Origin: Paraspadella gotoi
Taxonomy: Eukaryota > Animalia > Chaetognatha
Direction: 5' to 3'
NCBI GenBank assembly: GCA_051294375.1
Contig: CM119263.1
Location: forward strand, 31,541,476 to 31,605,475
DNA: 64,000 nucleotides
In this document: positions 25,821 through 38,100 of the stretch, one piece after another
How the letters are laid out: each line of letters opens with the position of its first letter
Numbering within the stretch: the first letter of the stretch is position 1
Translations under genes and position numbers: made by a program
Notes under the pieces: model-generated
Database searches by the model: none
What the model was told of the DNA's origin: nothing
The model's input: the letters and a program-made list of their open reading frames with translations, nothing else

Positions 25821-26443
25821 AGTGATAGCGGAGGAGGGAGGGACTAAGAAAACAAAATGGCAATTGAATGGATGAATAATTAAAAGATGACAGAACATTG
25901 AAGGATTATGGAAAAAAGGTTTATATTTATAAATAGATGAATCCTTTAAAGTTTAAAAATGACGGTAATCGTAGATTTGAATTAAGATATGAACTATCAT
26001 TAAGTTAAAATTACTAACCTTTTTTTATTGCAGAGTCAGGACTGACGTCCTTTTTATATTTTTTTCCTAATTTTAAAAATTTATGTGAATTTATATTATT
26101 TTTTTTTACGTCGAGCTAAAGATTAAAACGTCGTAAACGATAAAAGAAAGAAAATCTTTTTCTGGTTAAAAAATTTATTTCTGGAAATTGGTTGTTATTA
26201 GTTTTGAGAAAGAGTTTTTAGTTAGCCGCCCATAGTTCGATAAATTAAAATCGGAATGGACGAAATTTTTGTAAAATGAAAGTGTTAAACACGGAATAGT
26301 AATCGGTTATGTAAAAATGTGTAATGTTTTATTACACTGTTGGTAAGTTTTCGTTTCAAGAAATGTTAGTATTTATTAGAAGATTTTGATTAATTTAATG
26401 TCTTTCGTTTTGAGAAAATCCAAGCATTTGAGTCAAAGCTTGC

Positions 26444-26457
26444 GTTTCCATGGAAAC
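26444..26457. promoter_or_regulatory. RFX/DAF-19 X-box
   Basis: Perfect palindrome GTTTCCATGGAAAC about 620 bp upstream of the EF-hand ATG, and upstream of a candidate 5'UTR donor near 26018. Confidence 0.65.
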
Positions 26458-27339
26458 TCAGAAAGGCTAAACGCCACTCCTGTGGATGAAGGATATTGAG
26501 GTAATTAAGATTTAGGATCACTTACTGTCGAAAACGCGATTGTACACTGCAGGTTTCCAAAAAGGATTCCGATAATTCGCCATCGGTAACGTTTTTAAAA
26601 TTAAAAAAAAAAATATCCCTAGTTTGATATTATTGTCTTGTTGTGGTGAAGTATATAATAATGATATTGTAAAATTAACTAAAATAAAAATCAAAAATGA
26701 TAATAATGAATTAAAAAGCTTCATTTAGAAAAGAAGAAATTATGAAATTTGACAAATTGATTTCGATGTCAAATTAAACACGGCTCGTTTTTCTGACAAC
26801 AAAATTGTTTTTTCAGAAGGGGGATTTGTTAATTAACTTTTTTAATTTTTATTGTTATCATTTGGCTTTTTGAACTTTTTTATGTTGGCGTTGAGCCGAA
26901 TTATCAAATTAGTTTTTAAATCTTGTCTTATTCACGATATACGATTACTAATTGTTAGAATAAAAGACAAAGACTTTAATATTAAATAGTAGTATTAGAT
27001 AGACCAGAGCTGTCAAGCGAGGTGGAACAATCTGTCCATTCGCTGCAGACAAGTCAAAAACGCCGGCAAAGTTTTCGACGCAACATAAATAGGTCATTTT
27101 CTCGAGTATTTTATTTAAAAACTGTTTTAATTTAAGGGATTTGAGTTTTTTGTTTTTAATTCTGTTATGCAAAGTTCAACCATTTGATAGTCAATTTTTA
27201 CTCATCAGTGTAATGTTGAAAGAATGTGCTCAATATCAACTTTTCTTTATTTTAATTTTTATTTTGTAATCTTTTTAATGCGATTATATTTTTATTGTGT
27301 GATTTATTGCAAANNNNNNNNNNNNNNNNNNNNNNNNNT

Positions 27340-29325
27340 AAGATTAAAACGTCGTAAACGATAAAAAGAAAGAAAATCTTTTTCTGTTAAAAAATTTATT
27401 TCTGGAAATTGGTTGTTATTAGTTTTGAGAAAGAGTTTTTAGTTAGCCGCCATAGTTCGATAAATTAAAATCATGACGAAATTTGTTGAAAATGAAGTTT
27501 AAACACGGAAAGTAATCGTATGTAACAAATGTTATAGTGTTTTATTAGCAACTGGTTGGTAGTTTCGTTTCAAGGAAATGGTTAGTATATTAGAAGATTT
27601 TGATTAATTAATTTTTCTTTTGAGAAAATCCAAGCTATTTGAGTCAAAGCTTGCGTTTCCTATGGAAACTCAGAAACTAAACGCGCACTCCTGTATGAAG
27701 GATATTGAGGTAATTAAGATTTAGGATCACTACTGTCGAAAACCGCGATTGTACACGTGCAGGTTTCAAAAAGGATTCCGATAATTCGCATCGGTAACTT
27801 TTTAAATTAAAAAAAAAAATATCCCTAGTTTGATATTATTGTCTTGTTGTGGTGAAGTATATAATAATGAATTGTAAAATTTATACCTAAATAATAATCA
27901 AAAATCGATAATAATGAATTCAAAAATGCTTCATTTAGAAAGATAGAAAATTATGAAATTTTGACAAATTGATTCGATGTCAAATTAAACACCTCGTTTT
28001 CTTGACAACAAACTGTTTTTTCAGAAAGGGGGATTTTTAATTAACTTTTTAATTTTTATTGTTATCATTTGCTTTAACTTTTTATGTTGGCGTTAGCCGA
28101 ATTATCAATTAGTTTTAAATCTTTTCATAAGATTAAAACGTCGTAAACAGGAAAAAAGACAAGAAAATCTTTTTCTGGTTAAATAAATTTATTTCTGGAA
28201 ATTGGTTGTTATTAGTTTTTGAGAAAGAGTTTTTAGTTAGCCGCCCATAGTTCGATAAATTAAAATCTGGATGGACGAAATTTGTTGTTAAAATGAAAGT
28301 GTGTAAACACGGACATAGTAATCGGTATGTAAAAATGTTATATGTTTTATTACAACTGGTTGGTAAGTTTTCGTTTCAAGGAAATGTTAGTTTTTTATTA
28401 GAAATTTTGATTAATTTAATTTTCTTTTGAGAAAATCCAAGTATTTGAGTCAAAGCTTGCGTTTCCATGGAAACTCAGAAAGCTAAACGCGCACTCCTGT
28501 GATGAAGGATATTGAGGTAATTAAGATTTAGGATCACTTTACTGTCGAAAACCGCGATTGTACACGCTGCAGTTTCGAAAAAGGATTCCGATAATTCCAT
28601 CGGTAACGTTTTAAATTAAGAAAAAAAATATCCCTAGTTTGATATTAGTTGTCTTGTGTGTGGTGAAGTATATAATAATGAATTTAAATTAATCCTAAAT
28701 AATAATCAAAAATGAATAATAACTGAATTTCAAAATCTTCATTTAGAAAAGATAGAAAATTATGAAATTTGACAAATTGATTTCGATGTGGCAAATTAAA
28801 CACGCTCGTTTTCTGACAAACAAAGTGTTTTTTTCAGAAGGGGGTATTTGTTAATTAACTTTTTTAATTTTTTATTGTTATCCATTTGGCTTTTAACTTT
28901 TTATGTGGCGTTGAGCCGAATTATCAAATTAGTTTTTAAAATCTGTGTTCTTATTCACGATAACATTACTAATTTAAATAAAAGACAATTAGTATTTTTA
29001 ATATTAAATAGTAATTATCCAGAGCTGTCAACGAGGGACANNNNNNNNNNNNNNNNNNNNNNNNNATCTGTCCATCGCTCAACAAGTCAAAAACACGCAA
29101 AGTTTTCGACCAACATAAATAGTCATTTCTCGAGTATTTTATTTAAAAACTTTTTAATTTAAAAGGGATTTGAGTTTTTTTTTAAATTCTGTATGCAAAG
29201 TTCAAACCATTGATAGTCAATTTTTACCATCATGTAATGTTGAAAGAATGTGCCAATATCAACTTTCTTTATTTTAATTTATTTTGTAATCTTTTAATCG
29301 ATTATATTTTTATTTGTATTTATTC
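27340..29325 (+). other. Indel-rich duplicate copies of ~26118-27310 (assembly or gap-fill duplication)
   Basis: Same sequence repeated twice with scattered 1-nt indels, bounded by N runs. Confidence 0.85.
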
Positions 29326-30680
29326 ATACAGTCGGTCCGAAGACCATGGGCCACAGTGATTTTTGCACAATGCAATTTAGAAAACAGCAAATTGGACAAT
29401 GCACAATAATGACTATCAGTCGACTTAAATTTAACTAATGGTATCGAGATAAATCGTAATAATGAATCACAAAACAAGAGCTTTAAAAGAGAATGTTAAA
29501 CTTCGCAATCAGTATTCTGTAATTTTCTTCTCTCTTTGAGACGAAAATATTCCCGGTAACCTAATAAAAAAACAAATACTGCAACTCGAAAAAAAAATTA
29601 GTTTTGTAAAGCAAGAGAACGATACTTAAAAAAGCAATAGGACTAATATGGTTTCCCAGATACGGATATTTATTAATATCTTTAATGTACTCCAGTAAAA
29701 GCGGAGACGATTCCATAAGACTAATAAATTGGGAATGTGCTCGTCTAAAAATTCTAAATCGTAAATCTCGTAATCCCAACGAGTCTAAAACTATTTTATT
29801 AGACATGTTTCTAGGATCATTCGTAAGACATTTTAAAAGTTTATTTTAAATAATTATTATAATCATAGGACGCAATATTGTTCATTTGTTATACTTTTAT
29901 TTCAACTTCGTCATGTCGCGCCCCTGGCGATTTTGTTTACGTAAAGAAAAGAGATCATTCGCAAATTAGCCTTGAAGTCTCTTCCAAATGCGCCCCATAT
30001 ATTTTCCTTAATCCAAATTCCTAAAATGAAATTAGGAACTTTGAGGTAATTTACGCCTCATGAATAAGGTTGTATCATTTCTTTAAAAATACTTTAACAG
30101 AATTAAACTATATAATTGGAATTTAAGTAAATTTTTGTGAATAAAGGACTAAGTGGGTTGAAGAAAACTATCCGCAACTTCTGAGCTCCTTCGGCAGCAA
30201 TGGAACGAGTCCTGTGGGTTTGCATTATGGAACTTCCTATCCATGAGCCTAACGCTCAACCAGACCGCCACTTAGTTCAGTTAAAGATTTTACTTTTTTA
30301 AAAAAAAATTATATTTTACTTATTATAACTGCTTAGAACAATTCTCTTTCACAGGATCGAGAGAAAAAAATACCTTTTCGATAACAGGTAAGTTTTGGTA
30401 AATTGAAGACGGCTTTTTATTATTAACTTTAACTTCTTTAATAATTTTATGAATTTGTTTAACCGAAAGAGCATTTGAAGATAGATACTAACAATTAATA
30501 TTAATAAATATCAGTAAATCGTTATTAATGGCACAACAACAGTTATAACTATCTCACTGTCTAGTTTATTAAGTCCCAGAATACCTAGCTTCTTTATTAA
30601 TAAAGAGGTATAATATTTTTAATGATATTTTTATGAACGGTTTTAATTATATAACAGAAAAAATAACTTCACTATCAAAA

Positions 30681-32160
30681 TGTGTACCTATGTATACCTA
30701 TGTGTACCTATGTGTACCTATGTATACCTATGTGTACCTATCTCGGTCCTGAACCACGTGTATGCGGGCCCCCCTAGCAAGGGGGGGACTGCCCGGCAAC
30801 GAAGCCTGGCCATAAGGAGACGAGCTGACCAGGGCATACGCGGATTCCTTTGCGGAGAAGAACGCGGAAAAGGGGATTCCCAAAACCTTCCTCGAAGTAC
30901 CCAGTTCGACGAACCTGCAAAGAACAAAAGACCGGCCCCCTCCTACACCGAAGAGTAGGAGCAAAAGCGACAGACAAGAGGGTGGATGCAATCGCGATCC
31001 AAGGAATGGAAGCAATTCGCCTTCAAGGCCTCGGTAACGACCAAGAGCGCGCGCATGGCCCTCAAGAGCCAACAGCTGCATGCGTATGCGGTGGATCTGG
31101 AAAAGGCCTCGGGGATCCCCTCGAGGGGGTGGCCGCCGCAGGTCATCTGGAGGAAAACGGGGCTGGATGCGATCTTAGGACGTACCACCTCACTCGCGGG
31201 AGGCGGGGTCACCATGGCCCTCGCCCATGCCAAGAGCGGAACAGTCATCGTCCGACGCTTCAGAGGGGCGGTGAAAGCAAGGAGGGAGGCCATCCACGCC
31301 TTCATCAAGTCTACGCTAGCCCTCATCCAGGGCGAAAACACGAAAAGACTAATCACCTTCGCAGCTAAAGAGTTGGAGGCCCAAGTCCGACTCCTACCCC
31401 AGGAAAGGGTCTACCTCGCCGTCCTCCCTTTCAGGGCGGCCAAGGATAAAAGAGCCAAGAGGAGAAGGCAGCTCTTCTGCGCAACGCAGCTGGAGATAGT
31501 AACCAGGCCCAGGGCTAAACCCCTGGCCCGGGACCTCGGCCTAGCATGGCCAGCAGCCAACCCGGACGGTCCGAGAGACCCCGGAATCCTGACGGTAAAG
31601 GAAGTCCTCGCCTCCTATGACCCAATGGGTACCGCCTACCCACAGACGATTAGATCCTTCGAAAAGTACGCCAGTGCCGGACTCCCCACGGACCCGGGGG
31701 TCAAGGTACTCAATCATGTAGCCAGAATGGCATGGCTACGCGTAATCCATCGGAACAAGAGGTCGGGGCGTCTCGTACAGGCGCCAAACAAAAATAGATA
31801 GAAATAGATTAGAGCCTCACGCGACAAAGCTAGCATAAGTAGTCTCGTTTACATCTTTTTTACATTTGTTTACATTTTGTGTCTCTGTACTTGTCTAGTG
31901 CCCGATGCACAGTAATACATGGTTCATTGTATCATTGTATAACTAATTTTTATTTTACTAAGTCCTGGGAATTAGGTATGAGCCAGTCCCACCCTCTTAC
32001 CCCCAGTGGGAGCAGGAGTACTTGCCCCGGAACAAAGGGGGGCACACCCCCCCATGAGCCCAGGCCAGGAGAGCCTAAACTTTAAACTAAAGGGCCACAC
32101 ACACGTGACCAACGACCCATGGCCAGGAGAGCCAAAAGGGGGACATGTCCCTTGGGAGCT
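30681..32160 (+). mobile_element. GC-rich 5'-truncated non-LTR retrotransposon-like remnant (ORF2 C-terminus plus 3'UTR) next to the EXOC3 3' end
   Basis: Sharp GC shift; ORFs 30680-30958 and 30986-31801 share a frame, split by one TAG. RNase H-like segment order and a ...ATQL...LTVKEVL... C-terminal pattern. Six 10-bp TGT(G/A)TACCTA units at the 5' edge. Confidence 0.55.
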
Positions 32161-32196
32161 ATGTCGTAAATTTTTAAGGGAAGCATTTTTACAACA

Positions 32197-35100
32197 TCAT
32201 TCAATATGACGTAGATGTTCAATCTTCCAATTTAATTTGTTTACATTTTAATTAAACTAAACAAAGAAGTTTTTTTGCTTAATTTCTTCGAGTTTTGTTC
32301 ATCCTCGTCGCCCAGCGTTTCTGCGATGATTTCTGACGCCATGTTCTAAAAAAGGGGTTAGGAAATGATAAATACAAGATTTAAGTAATATTGTATTCTA
32401 TTTCTCGTACAATATTAGTTACAGAATAGCTTCATAATATGTATATGAAATTGGTACAACCAATATAAAAAATTATCCATTCATTTAATAAATAAGCTAA
32501 ATTGCCCCTGACTTTAGACAGGCTTTGGTGGTTTAAGGCCTCCATCACTCTTACAAGATAATGACATAGCAGGTCCCTGCAAGTATTCAATCAAGACTCT
32601 TTCACAGTCTCGTTTATTCACTCCCAGAGTACCTGGCTTCCCTATCAATGAAGATGGAAAATATTTCAAAGAACGTTTCAATTGTATGAAAAGACCACTC
32701 CCTTAAGTATTAGATCGGGGAATACTTATTGTACTCCGCACTAGCATCAAAATACAAGGAGCTGAATTTTATATGAAATTGGTACAACCAATATAAACCA
32801 ATATAAATATGGTGGACTAAAATCCACCAACCGTTCATCAGCAGCCATTGGTGCCGGAGGCAAGTCATTCGCCTCCCCAAAGGTCCGGGGTTCTAGCCCG
32901 GTGGTCGTCTGGCAGTTAAGAGGGACGGGGCGCTTAACCCGCCTGTAACATGGTGTTACAGCCTGATCTCGAAGCTCAGGGGACTGCTTATATTGAACGG
33001 TTCTGTCACTAACACATATCAAAAGTTACTGTCTCTTCAATAACTAACCCTTGAGGTGGACATGCATCGTTCAACAAAAGCAAATTACAAAAGTTTTAAA
33101 TTTCAGATCTTTGTCAATAAATTAATAAAAATCGCCACATAACAATTTTCTCTAACCTTGGTATCGCTCCGCAGATAGCAGAGACCCATTAGATGCTCTT
33201 TTGTCAAATCTGGAAATTTGTTGATCATCGTCGCGAATTCCAATGAGATCATAGAGGCGTCGCGGAGGCGAAGGATTTCGGAAACAAAAGACGCGACGTC
33301 TAAAGGTGATTCCGAATCTGAAGGAATTTCTAATCCGATTTTCGTGTAGAGAAACTGGAAAGGAATAATTTTTAAATGAATTTAGGTTTAATATGAAATT
33401 AGTACGAACGATATAATAATAATTGATCCCTTTAAACAAGTTATCTTGGGTCTAGACTTTGGACAGGATATAGACATATTGGGTTTAGGCCTCCATACAA
33501 GATAATAACAGCATTATCCTGAAATCTTTCAATCATGAGTCTATAGCCCAGATTTAAATATATTCGGACGTAAATGATTTAACGAAAAAAAAGGATCATT
33601 AATAAAATTGTTTAATGCCTAATTTGTAAGCGGTTGAATAGAACAGATTGTAAGTAAAGGATGCTGAACGCTAAATAATTACATTAACTAATCACAAAAA
33701 ATATAAATAGATGGCTTCTACCTCGCGATATTCTATCAGCGATGTTTACAAAAGAGCATCTTTGTTATTTTCTAGTTTCACTTTCATAGGCAAAAGCGTG
33801 ACGACCAATGAGGATTAGAAGCCAAAAGCCAAAATCAATGATTGGTCGAAGATATTCTACGGCATCCTGAGCACAGTGATCGAGCAGCAATTATTTTAAG
33901 CTTTAGAGCTATAGAGTTGAGCTATAGACAGGAGAGTGTAGAGAAATACTACCCGCCTGTAACACGGTGTTACAGCCTGATCCGAAGCCCAGGGACTGCT
34001 TATTTTGAAGGGTTCTGAACAATCATTACGGTCTCTTCATAATGTTAAATTGATTTGATTCCCTATTATGGCTTGCCAAGTACTGCTAGTATTATATTAT
34101 TATAAAATCGAGTCAAGTATTTAAACAAAAATATTATTAACTTTATTTACGCTAGGATAAATTTTAATTTTTTTCACTAACACATAATAATTACTGTCTC
34201 TTCAAGTTTATCTTTTCCGCTTTGTTATATTTTTTCTTTTATTATTAATGCAATAATTTTCCTTTCGCTGAGATGTTAGTTTCAAAACTTGATATGACTA
34301 TTGATAAGTAAAGAGTATTTCATATCAATTCGTTTCTGTCTTTTTGATACATTGATAATGAAGCGTTGATTCATTTGTAAACCACTGAACCTTCTCTTNN
34401 NNNNNNNNTTCATTGTGTCTTACCCGAATCTTGATCGTCTTTACATTCATCTTCTCATCACCTGAATCTGCTGATTTTCCTTCACAATTTTCTCCGACAC
34501 CAAAATTCTCTCTTCGTAATCCGTAAAAGTGACGCTTCGTGACAAAAGTCTCCGAATGTAACTGGAAACAACGCGATTGACGCTGACCCAACAGAGATTT
34601 CGATGGAGTTCGGGTTTTAGCCGTATGTAATCCTGAAATCGAAAAGGGAGTTTAAGTGACTGACCGACCGACGGATTGGATCAAAATATTAGTTGAAAAA
34701 TAACAAAACTCTAAAACGAATGAGAATTAAAAATAATTATGTACATATCCCTAGAAACTCGAGTTTCACTAAGCTGGGTAGCGAGGGAAAGCTGTCTCTT
34801 TAAATGTCTCATTGTCTACTGCTAAAATACAACTACCAAAACCACATAAATTTTCAATAATGCAACAGTAGTAATCTTTTCAATTTTAAAATAATTATAC
34901 CACGAACCTGATTATAATCCTCGATGGTCACGCAAATCGTGTCAATCGCTTCGTTCGATTCCATCCAATTTTTCGTCAAAATTTTAGCGAAAAGTGAATC
35001 GAGATCGAGGAACATTTCGTCTAAAAGATCGAGGATCGTCTCCGAAGTCAAACGCTTCAATTTCGTCTTCAAGGAATTAGTCTAAAGTTTTCAAAAAAAG

Positions 35101-38100
35101 AATTTAAATGCATAAACTACGTATGAACTATGTATGAATGTGGATAAAACGATAAGCGGGCTGAAGAGTAGGGTGGAGTGATGAAAAGATTGAGCGATGG
35201 AACAATGTTTTTTTGCTGCCTTTGTATATGTAATAAAAAATAATGAAACCATTTTTCAAAAAAAATTTGTACAACAGTATCATTAATTAAATTTTTTTAA
35301 AAGTAATATCCTTATAAAATCATAAAATTTCTAAATCATATTTTTTTAATTTTAAGAACAGTTTCGGATTCGCCGGAAAAAACTGAACTTTTGTAAAATA
35401 TGTTACATGATATTTTTAGGTTAAAGCTGCGAAAAATGACCAAAACGTTTCATCATATAATAGTTTCTACTACAAAGTGTAAAAAAGTGAAGAATTTGAC
35501 CTTTTTTTTGTATTTTTAATACTGAAGACATTAAAATTTTTAATAAGATATTTTATATTTTTTATCTAACTTTTTATGAAGAATCAGAATCTTCAATAAA
35601 AATTTAAAAAAAAATTAATTTGAAAATTTATGAAAGTTATACAATACAATCGGATCGGAGAGTGTATGGTAAGTGTCTAAAAGCTTATAATATGGGTCGT
35701 CTGTTTGTTCAACGAAATTAACTCTAATGGGATGCTGTTTGTTAGCCTTTGAATGCAGCAATGGTGCTGTAATCGCGCAGATCAATTAAAAAACCATCAC
35801 GATGGTTGGGGCAAGGTAATGCTCAGCTAGGAAGTCCGAGCCGAGTATTGGTTGAGTGACGTCTGCAAATGGTTACTATGAAGGCGAATGTGCGCCTTCC
35901 GAGACGGATCTGGACATCTTTTGTAACCAAAACAGGATCGGGGAATACTTATTGTACTCCGCACTAGCATCAAAATACAAGGATATATTAGAATTAGGAA
36001 TTATAAAGTAAATTTTGTGGAATAAAAGAGACTAAGTTGGGTTGAAGAAAACTATTCGCGAAACGTTCTAGAGCTCACTTCGGCAGGAAGCAAGTAGAAC
36101 GAGGTAACTGGTTGGGTTTGACAATTATGGAACTTCCTATCCAATGAGCTAACGCTCACACCAGAACCGAGACCACTTAGTCCAGTTATAAAGATTTATT
36201 AACTTTGTTTAAAAAAAAAATTATAATTGTTACTTATTAAAACTGCTTAGAACAATTTTGCTCTTTACACAGGATCGAGAGGAAAAAATACCTTTTCGAT
36301 AACAGGTAATTTGATTGTAAATGAACGGGAACTTTTTATTATTAAGTGGCTTTAACTTCTTTAATAAATGTATTTAATGAATTTGGTTTTAACCGAAAGA
36401 GCGATTTAGAAGATTAGATACTAAACAATTAATATTAATAAATATTCGTAGTAAAATCGTTATTAAGGAGCACAAGACAAACAGTTATAAACTATCTCAC
36501 TGTCTAGTTTCAATTAAGTCCCAGAATACCTAGCCTTCTTTATTAATAAAGGAGGTAATAAGTATTTTTAATGATAATTTTTTATGAACGGTTTTAATTA
36601 TAATAACAAAGAAAAAATAACTTCACTAAATCAAAATGTGTGACGCTATTGTATACTATGTGTACCTATGTGTACCTATGTATACCTTATGTGTACCTAT
36701 CTCGGATCCCTGAACCACGTGTATGCGGAGCCCGCCCTAGCGAAGAGGGGGACTGCCCGGGACAAACGAGAGCCTGGCCATAAGGAGACGAGCTTTGACC
36801 AGGGCATACGCGGATGTCCGTTTGCGGAGAAGAACGCGGAAAAGGGGATTCCCAAAACCTTCCTCGAAAGTACCCAGTTCAGACGAAACCGCAAAGAACA
36901 AAAAGACCGGGCCCCTCCCTACAGCGAAGAGTAGGAAGCAAAAGCGACAAGACCAAGAGGTTGGAATGCAATCGCGATCCAAGGAATGGAAGATTCCGCC
37001 TTCAAAGGCCTTCGTTAACGACCAAGAGCAGGCCGCATGGCCCTCAAAGAGCCAACAGCTGCAATGGCGTATGCGGTTGGGATCTGGAAAAGGCCTCGGG
37101 GATCCCCCTCGAGGGGGTTGGCCCGGCCCGCAGGTCATCTGGAAAGGAAAAGCGGGGCTGGATGCGATCTTAGGACGTACCACCTCACTCGGCGGGAGGG
37201 CGGGTCACCATATGGCCCTCAGCCCATGCCAAGAGCGGAACAGTCATCGTCCGACGCTTTCAGAGGGGCGGTGGAAAGCCCAAAGGTAGGGAGGCCATCC
37301 ACGGCCTTCATTCAGTCTAACGCCTAGCCCTTCATGGGCCAGGGCCGAAAACCACGAAAAGACTAATGGGCACCTTCCCGCAGCTAAAAGAAAGTTTGGA
37401 GGCCACCAAAGTCCGACTCCTAACCGACCAGGAAAGGGTCTACCATCGCCGTCCTCACCCTTTCAGGGCGGCCCAAGGATAAAAGACGCCAAGAGAGAAG
37501 AAGGCAGCCTCTTCTGCGCCAACGCGAAGCCTGGAGATAGTAACCAGAAGCCCCAAGGGCTAAACCCTGGGCCCGGGAAACCCCGGTCGGCCTAGCTATG
37601 GACCAGCAGCCAACCCGGATCGGTCCCGAGAGACCCCGGGAATCCTGACGGTAAAGGAAGTCCTCGCCCTCCTATGACCCAATGGGTAACGCGCTTACCC
37701 ACCAGACCGATTAGATCCTTCGAAAAAGTACGCCAGTATGCCGACTCCCCACGGACCCAGGGGGTCAAGGTACTTCAATCAATGGTAGCCAGAAATGGCA
37801 TGGCTACGCGTAATCCATCGGAACAAGAGGTCGGGGCGTCTCGTACAGGCGCCAAACAAAAATAGATAGAAAAATAGATTAGAAGCCTCAACGCGACAAA
37901 GCTAGCCAAATAAGTAGTCTCGTTACATCTTTTTTAACATTTGTTTACATTTTGTGTCTCTGTACTTGTCTAGTGCCCGATGCACAGTAATACATGGTTC
38001 ATTGTATCATTGTATAACTAATTTTTATTTTACTAAGTCCTGGGAATTAGTATGAGCCAGTCCCACCCTCCTTACCCCCAGTGGGAGCAGGAGTACTTGC

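Noticed and set aside
26432-26583. Small two-exon ORF MANYRNPFWKPAVYNRVFD|RVAFSLSEFPWKRKL with a 46-nt GT-AG intron
   Set aside because: No recognisable homology, it overlaps the X-box, and the noisy copies disagree on frame; it cannot be supported without transcripts.
29328-29360. Tc1/mariner TIR (TA-CAGTCGGTCCG)
   Set aside because: No matching opposite end found in the window.
33722-33866. Additional EXOC3 exon
   Set aside because: Contains a stop, and the flanking exons already join in frame (QIQ|FLYTKI) matching Sec6.
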